Shown here one piece after another: positions 58,616 through 64,000 of a DNA stretch of 64,000 nucleotides. The DNA is from Candidatus Bathyarchaeota archaeon. GTDB taxonomy: Archaea > Thermoproteota > Bathyarchaeia > 40CM-2-53-6. The position numbers and the translations under genes are program-made. The stretch is taken from NCBI GenBank assembly GCA_963706285.1, contig CAVPLU010000003.1, positions 128,001 to 192,000 on the forward strand, written 5' to 3'. Each line of letters begins with the position of its first letter. Position 1 is the stretch's first letter. Below the pieces are notes generated by a model. That model had not been told where the DNA came from, searched no databases, and was given only the letters and a program-made list of their open reading frames with translations.

Positions 58616-60208
58616 ATGCCAGAAGAATCGAAGGTATTCGTTAGAACAGCATCAGGACTCGTCAGAACTATCAGCCCTTGGGGTGCTCTATCTCTAGCCT
58701 TTGTGATGCCAGGCATTCTGAACGCCATTTACCTAGGAATGTGGGGCGCCGGCCTCTATCCGGACGCCTATGAACCTCCAGCAGTCTTCCTAGTGTTCAT
58801 ACTTCTGCCCGTCATGGCCGTGTTCTATCTCTTCTCAGTAGCAATGCCCCGCTCAGGCGGCGACTACATCTACGTCTCCAGATCACTCTCACCAGTACTC
58901 GGCCTCGTAACAAGCTGGACTTTCGTTGTGGTGTTCTGGTCTTGGGCTGGAAACGTGGCCATGCTCTCTTGGCTTTACGGGCCCGTGGTCGACTTCGTCG
59001 CTCGAGGCCAAATGACCGGCGACCAAGGACTAGTCAATCTCGGTCTACTGATCGCTAGCGACAAAACGATTCTGTTCACCCTATCCACACTCTCTACTAT
59101 TGCCATGGGCGTGATTGCGTGGGCCGGAACCAAAGCCACTACAAGAACCATGTACCTCGTATGGGGAGTCTCCACAGTAGGGCTCATAGCGTATTGCATA
59201 CCCTGGCTCACAATGCCCTCTCTAGACTTTTTCAAGACCAACATGCTGCAAATGACGGGCGTCGACTATGGCAACTTAATCGAAACCGCTAGAGGCGCGG
59301 GTTGGCCTGGCCAGTTCACCATTATGGGGACTATCTACGCGGGCGTTGTCTACGTCATGCTCAACACGTTAGGCAACCAAGCTGTCACTACATGTGCTGG
59401 TGAAGTTAAGGAAGTCAAGAGAACAACCTTTCTCGCACTCTTCGGATCCCTAGTGCTAATGGCCGTATACTGGTTCCCGCAGTACTACCTCGTATTCGAA
59501 TATGCGGGCCGTGAATTCACAAGTGCATCTGCATTTCTCAATATCATAGGTCAAAACCAGTTCATAATTGAACCAACTTGGACCTATCTCGTCGCGTTTG
59601 CCACAAAGGACCCGACGCTTGTCGCTATCCAAGCTTGGGCATTTTGGCTGTCGGACTGGGCCATAGGGTTCGGATCACTGTTCTTCAGTACAAGAGCCGT
59701 CTTCGCATGGGGTTTCGACAGAGTCTTCCCAAGCCTTGCCAACAGGGTTGACAAGAGAGGGACCCCTTGGGGTGCCGTGCTCATTGCTACTATCGGATGT
59801 GAGGTCTGGACTTTTCTCAATGTCTACCTACCACAGTACATCAAAGTCGTAGGATACTCGGTCACAGTGTGGGCAATCGGATGGGTGCTCATAGGAATCG
59901 CGGCAATCGTTTTCCCCTATAGAAAGAAGAACATATTCGAGAAGTCTCCAGACGTTGTCCGAAGAAAAGTCGCAGGCATACCAACGATCGTCTACACAGG
60001 CGTACTGACTCTCGCGATCGGCTTGTTCATGGTCTGGGCAACATTCGTCCCATCACTCTCAGGCTATCAGGCGTTCTGGCCACTATTGACGACTGTAATC
60101 ATCTGCATCGTCGCCCCAGTGATAATCTTCTACGCCTACTACATATACCGAACAAGAGTCGGCAAAGTACGAATGGACATACAATTCAAGGAGATCCCAC
60201 CGGACTAG
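58616..60208 (+). CDS. APC-family amino acid permease
   Basis: FVRTASGLVR, MPRSGGDY.Y.SR, GEVK, R..FAW.FD...P, EIPPD; many TM segments. Confidence 0.9.
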   Translation: MPEESKVFVRTASGLVRTISPWGALSLAFVMPGILNAIYLGMWGAGLYPDAYEPPAVFLVFILLPVMAVFYLFSVAMPRSGGDYIYVSRSLSPVLGLVTSWTFVVVFWSWAGNVAMLSWLYGPVVDFVARGQMTGDQGLVNLGLLIASDKTILFTLSTLSTIAMGVIAWAGTKATTRTMYLVWGVSTVGLIAYCIPWLTMPSLDFFKTNMLQMTGVDYGNLIETARGAGWPGQFTIMGTIYAGVVYVMLNTLGNQAVTTCAGEVKEVKRTTFLALFGSLVLMAVYWFPQYYLVFEYAGREFTSASAFLNIIGQNQFIIEPTWTYLVAFATKDPTLVAIQAWAFWLSDWAIGFGSLFFSTRAVFAWGFDRVFPSLANRVDKRGTPWGAVLIATIGCEVWTFLNVYLPQYIKVVGYSVTVWAIGWVLIGIAAIVFPYRKKNIFEKSPDVVRRKVAGIPTIVYTGVLTLAIGLFMVWATFVPSLSGYQAFWPLLTTVIICIVAPVIIFYAYYIYRTRVGKVRMDIQFKEIPPD

Positions 60209-60463
60209 CAACCGGTTGAATCTCACACGAATTGTGTGCCCCCTCATTTTCTTTACACTCTCCAGAGAGACCATTACGTTAGTTGCCGCTCAACGACATG
60301 TTTCCCGAGGACCAGTTCCAGAAGGGAGCAACCCAAAACGAAAGCGTCTGAAGAGACTGAGCGAAGTGGTCCAAGAGACTACGGCTGGCAAATCACAATT
60401 TTCTTAAAGGAGAGTATCCTGTCTCGCCTCCCTCCGAATTAGCGTGAACGGTGAATCTTCGAC

Positions 60464-61414
60464 ATGGACTACACGATACTCTTCGTGACAGATCTCCATG
60501 GATCCAATGTCTGCCTCAAGAAGGCTCTGAACGGTGCGAAGATGTACAAGGCGAACGCCTTGGTGATCGGAGGCGACATAACCGGAAAGATGGTGGTGCC
60601 TATTGTGAAGCATCAGAATGACCACACCGCCGAATACCAAGGCACGAAATATGTCCTGAAGAGTACCGAGGAGCTTGATCGTCTCTGCCGAATAATTGGT
60701 GACTCAGGACACTACCCGTACATTACAGACGAAGAGGAAATGCTGCGGCTCCGAGGGAACAAGCAAGAGACAGACAAGATATTCTCGAAGCTCTCGATGG
60801 CCCGACTGAAGGAGTGGCTTCAGATTATCGAAGAGAGACTGAAGAACAGCGGTATAGAACTATACGTCACGGGAGGAAATGACGATTTCTTTGAGGTATC
60901 AGATGTCCTGCGAAGCTCCAACGCGATCATAGATCCCGAAGGTCGAGTCGTGTCAATCGGAGGTCATGAGATGATAAGCTCGGGTTATAGCAACATGACT
61001 CCATGGAAGTGCCCTCGGGACATACCGGATGAGGAACTTCAGAAGAAACTCGAGGAGATGGCGAGCCAACTGAAAGATGCGAAAACGGCGATATTCAACT
61101 TGCACACCCCACCTTACGATACGCCGATCGATTTGGCTCCGGAACTCGATGAGACCCTTCGACCAAAAATGTCAGCTGGCGAGGGCGGCATGAAAATGAT
61201 CCATGTAGGAAGCATGGCCGTGCGAAAGATCATAGACAAGTACCAGCCGCTCCTTGGTCTTCACGGGCACATTCATGAATCGAGAGGCGCGATCAAGGTC
61301 GGCAGAACTGTATGCGTGAATCCAGGCAGCGAATACGCAGAGGGAGTCCTTAAGGGCGTAATGTTGAGACTGTCGAAGGATAAAATGCAGGACTATGTAT
61401 TCTTCGCCGGATAG
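60464..61414 (+). CDS. Icc-like metallophosphoesterase
   Basis: DLHGS, GGDITGK, GNDD, H.PPY, HGHIHES, NPGSEY. Confidence 0.88.
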   Translation: MDYTILFVTDLHGSNVCLKKALNGAKMYKANALVIGGDITGKMVVPIVKHQNDHTAEYQGTKYVLKSTEELDRLCRIIGDSGHYPYITDEEEMLRLRGNKQETDKIFSKLSMARLKEWLQIIEERLKNSGIELYVTGGNDDFFEVSDVLRSSNAIIDPEGRVVSIGGHEMISSGYSNMTPWKCPRDIPDEELQKKLEEMASQLKDAKTAIFNLHTPPYDTPIDLAPELDETLRPKMSAGEGGMKMIHVGSMAVRKIIDKYQPLLGLHGHIHESRGAIKVGRTVCVNPGSEYAEGVLKGVMLRLSKDKMQDYVFFAG

Positions 61415-61424
61415 GTGAGTCAAC

Positions 61425-62219
61425 ACGGATCAGGCAGACGAAGCCTTTGTCAGTGAAGCTCTTGACCTCTTGAAAAGAGCTGAGGATCAGGGCGTCAAAC
61501 TCAGAATCATGGGCGCGGTAGCCATACGACTGCACGCTAAGAGCATGCTTGAACAATCTGACGCGCTTATGAGAAAGATAACTGACATAGATTTCGTCGG
61601 ATATAGCAAACAGGCAAACAAGATTGAGAAGCTAATATCTGATGAAGGCTACGACTCCCTAAAGGCACAGATCACACCTGGCCTGCTTGTGAATAGGCTG
61701 ATCTTCGTCAGCAAGAAAGATCCCAACAGACACATTGACGTTTTCCTGGATGAACTCCGAATGTCACACACGATTGACTACAGAAACCAGTTGGACAAGG
61801 ATTTTCCAACGGTCTCCTTGGCACACTTGCTGCTGCAGAAGATGCAGATTGTGAGAATAAATGAGAAAGACATCAAGGACACGCTGGTTCTTCTTCTAGA
61901 ACACGCGATCGGATACGACAACAAAGAGATGATAGATGACAAACTAATTGCGAAGACACTTGCGAACGATTGGGGCTTCTACTATACACTGACAACGAAT
62001 CTGGGAAAAGCCAAGGCGTTTCTCGAAACGTATCAGCTTTCACCGGAGAAGAAAACCACGATTAGAGAGAGAATTGGCAGCCTGCTCCAAGCCATTGAAG
62101 CTGAGCCCAAGACTCTTCGCTGGAAACTCAGAGCAAGAGTTGGTACCAAACAGAAATGGTATGAGGAAGTGGAAGAAGTGGAGAGAGCAGCGCATCTGAC
62201 TGAACTCAACGATTCCTAA
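61425..62219 (+). CDS. nucleotidyltransferase-fold protein (ACG start inferred)
   Basis: LRIMGAVAI..H, R...DIDF, IDVF, LLL.KMQIV..NEKD.KD, DWGFY.T, WYEEVEE. Confidence 0.7.
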   Translation, partial: TDQADEAFVSEALDLLKRAEDQGVKLRIMGAVAIRLHAKSMLEQSDALMRKITDIDFVGYSKQANKIEKLISDEGYDSLKAQITPGLLVNRLIFVSKKDPNRHIDVFLDELRMSHTIDYRNQLDKDFPTVSLAHLLLQKMQIVRINEKDIKDTLVLLLEHAIGYDNKEMIDDKLIAKTLANDWGFYYTLTTNLGKAKAFLETYQLSPEKKTTIRERIGSLLQAIEAEPKTLRWKLRARVGTKQKWYEEVEEVERAAHLTELNDS

Positions 62220-62294
62220 CGCCACTCTGCAAAGACGCCTCGACCCTTGCCTAAAACGGCGAATTGAGAAAACTAGTCTCCCAGGCTGCATTAT

Positions 62295-63206
62295 CTAGGC
62301 TTTCTCAACGCGAGTCAAGAAATCGTTCAAAGCCTGAGAATATCGGTTGGGTTCCTCAAGGTGGGGCATATGAGCGCTATTCTCGAACATGACCCATTCC
62401 GAGCCGGCGATGCCACGATTTATTGTTCTCACGATCGCAGGTGTCGCCTCATCATACCGTCCTGAAAGCAGCAAGGTCGGAATGCGGATCTCGTCAAGGC
62501 GATCAACTATGCTCCAGTTCCTGAGCGTTCCGATGACATGGAATTCACTTGGACCATTCATTGTGTAGTAGACCTCGGGGTATTGCTTGAGCTTCTCAAA
62601 GCTACGGTTGAGACACTCCGGCCATTCTTTGAGGCGACAAAGATGTCGTCGATAATACGCCAGTACAGCCTCCTGGTAGGCGGGGTCCTCGGTCGTGCCT
62701 GCTCTCTCATGTTCCAGGAGGGTCTGCTGGACTTCACGCGGAAGTTCAGCCCGTAGGCGATTTGCCTCGTCAACCCACTGGTGCATGTCAGCGATGGGAT
62801 CAGAGAGAATCATGCTGGTTAGGCCAGGAGGGCGAGTTAGCGCGTATTCCATTGCTAGCATGCACCCCCATGACTGTCCAAGGATATGAACGCAGTCGAG
62901 TCGTAGGCTGCGGCGGATCGTGTCTAGTTCTGCTAGGAAGAGTTCAACTGTCCACATATTCGGATTGTGAGGATGATCTGAGTTGCCGCATCCCAGCTGA
63001 TCGTAAAATATGACGCGGCGTCCGGAAGCAGCCATCTCTCCGATCGGTTCCAAATAGTCATGTGGAATTCCTGGGCCGCCATGCAGACACAAGAGTGGTT
63101 TCTTGCTCGTTTCTTCCGAGTCTCCGACGATACGATACCAGACTCTGTATCCGCGAAAAGGAATGAAACCCTCCGTGATCGGAAGAGTCTCATTCATCTT
63201 GTTCAA
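62295..63206 (-). CDS. pip: proline iminopeptidase
   Basis: HGGPG, YDQLGCG.S, GQSWG, G.YDE, SAHMPH. Confidence 0.92.
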   Translation of the reverse strand: MNKMNETLPITEGFIPFRGYRVWYRIVGDSEETSKKPLLCLHGGPGIPHDYLEPIGEMAASGRRVIFYDQLGCGNSDHPHNPNMWTVELFLAELDTIRRSLRLDCVHILGQSWGCMLAMEYALTRPPGLTSMILSDPIADMHQWVDEANRLRAELPREVQQTLLEHERAGTTEDPAYQEAVLAYYRRHLCRLKEWPECLNRSFEKLKQYPEVYYTMNGPSEFHVIGTLRNWSIVDRLDEIRIPTLLLSGRYDEATPAIVRTINRGIAGSEWVMFENSAHMPHLEEPNRYSQALNDFLTRVEKA

Positions 63207-63274
63207 GCACTGCCAGAAGATCTCAAGAAATCGTGTGACGTTACTACGATTTGGTCCCCGGCAGTCTCGTGTCG

Positions 63275-64000
63275 CTAGACACTGGCAGCCTTTAAGGAGT
63301 CGTCGAAAATGTCAACTGCTCTGTCCGCATCTTCGCGAGTTATGACAAGTGGAGGCGCGAACCTGACCGCACTCACTCCTGCTCCTATGCAGAATAGTCC
63401 TTTCTTGAGCATGATTCCTAGAACCTTGTTCCGCAACTCAACAGCATACTCCTTTGTATCCTTGCTCTGGACGAGCTCGACGGCGATGGCAAGCCCCTTG
63501 CCTCTCACATCGCCGATGTTCTTCTCATGTTCGGCCAAATCGGTAAGTCGCTTCAGGAGGTAGCCGCCAACTCTTTCAGCATTCTCAACGACCTTCTCCC
63601 TCTGCATTACTTCGATCGTTTTGATTGCGGCCGCCGCGGCGACAGGGTTGCCGCCGAAGGTTGATCCGTGAGCTCCTTTCTTCCACTCATTCATCAGTTG
63701 TCTCTGGCCAAGTATGGCAGAAATGGGGAAGCCCGACCCTAACGCTTTGGCTATCGTCATTACTGCAGGTTCAATATTCCAGTGTTCAACAGCAAACCAC
63801 TTGCCTGTTCTCCCAAGGCCAGTTTGGATCTCGTCAGCAATGAGGCTGATTTGCACGCTGGTCAAGAGTTTCTTAAGTCGCCGAACGTACTCGTCGGGCG
63901 GGATTATGTAGCCCGGTTCTCCGGAGATCGGTTCCATCACAAGAGCGGCGATATCCTCTGAGTCAGCTATCATCTTGAGAACGTATTTCTCCACGTAAGT
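63275..64000 (-). CDS. class III PLP aminotransferase (GabT/ArgD-like), 5'-truncated by the window edge
   Basis: EPISGEPG, DEIQTGLGRTG, AKALGSG, HGSTFGGNP, DVRGKGL. Confidence 0.92.
   Translation of the reverse strand, partial: TYVEKYVLKMIADSEDIAALVMEPISGEPGYIIPPDEYVRRLKKLLTSVQISLIADEIQTGLGRTGKWFAVEHWNIEPAVMTIAKALGSGFPISAILGQRQLMNEWKKGAHGSTFGGNPVAAAAAIKTIEVMQREKVVENAERVGGYLLKRLTDLAEHEKNIGDVRGKGLAIAVELVQSKDTKEYAVELRNKVLGIMLKKGLFCIGAGVSAVRFAPPLVITREDADRAVDIFDDSLKAASV

Overview
Archaeal (TACK-type, most consistent with Bathyarchaeia; inferred from rps30e, a TFE-beta/RPC34 homolog, a PolB1-type polymerase, nop5-fibrillarin and multi-intron tRNAs) chromosomal window. Housekeeping blocks (pstB-phoU, rlmE, rnhB, flpA-nop5, pyrD/pyrK, rps30e, cca-thpR, rnz-trm11-prs) are interleaved with accessory blocks. 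These are: (i) a ~7 kb low-coding-density island (5.8-12.9 kb) packed with zinc-ribbon microproteins, an orphan antitoxin-like RHH, two paralogous glycine-zipper/Pro-Tyr-Met proteins with a duplicated promoter, and a candidate structured ncRNA; (ii) an ABC transporter lacking a binding protein; (iii) three paralogous winged-helix genes plus a fourth wHTH in front of a stand-alone nurA-herA pair; (iv) a three-gene redox operon whose first gene fuses a secreted CxCH/Ig-like domain through a TM helix to a hydrogenase-small-subunit-like Fe-S domain, with no large subunit; (v) a peptide/amino-acid catabolism cluster with divergent gcvPA/PB. The best-supported novelty is a tRNA-Pro(GGG) gene interrupted by five BHB introns (7/8, 13/14, ~21, 30/31, 45/46); a tRNA-Gly(TCC) has three. 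About nine apparent small indel frameshifts in otherwise intact genes suggest assembly errors. All product calls are from motif recognition by eye, not database searches.
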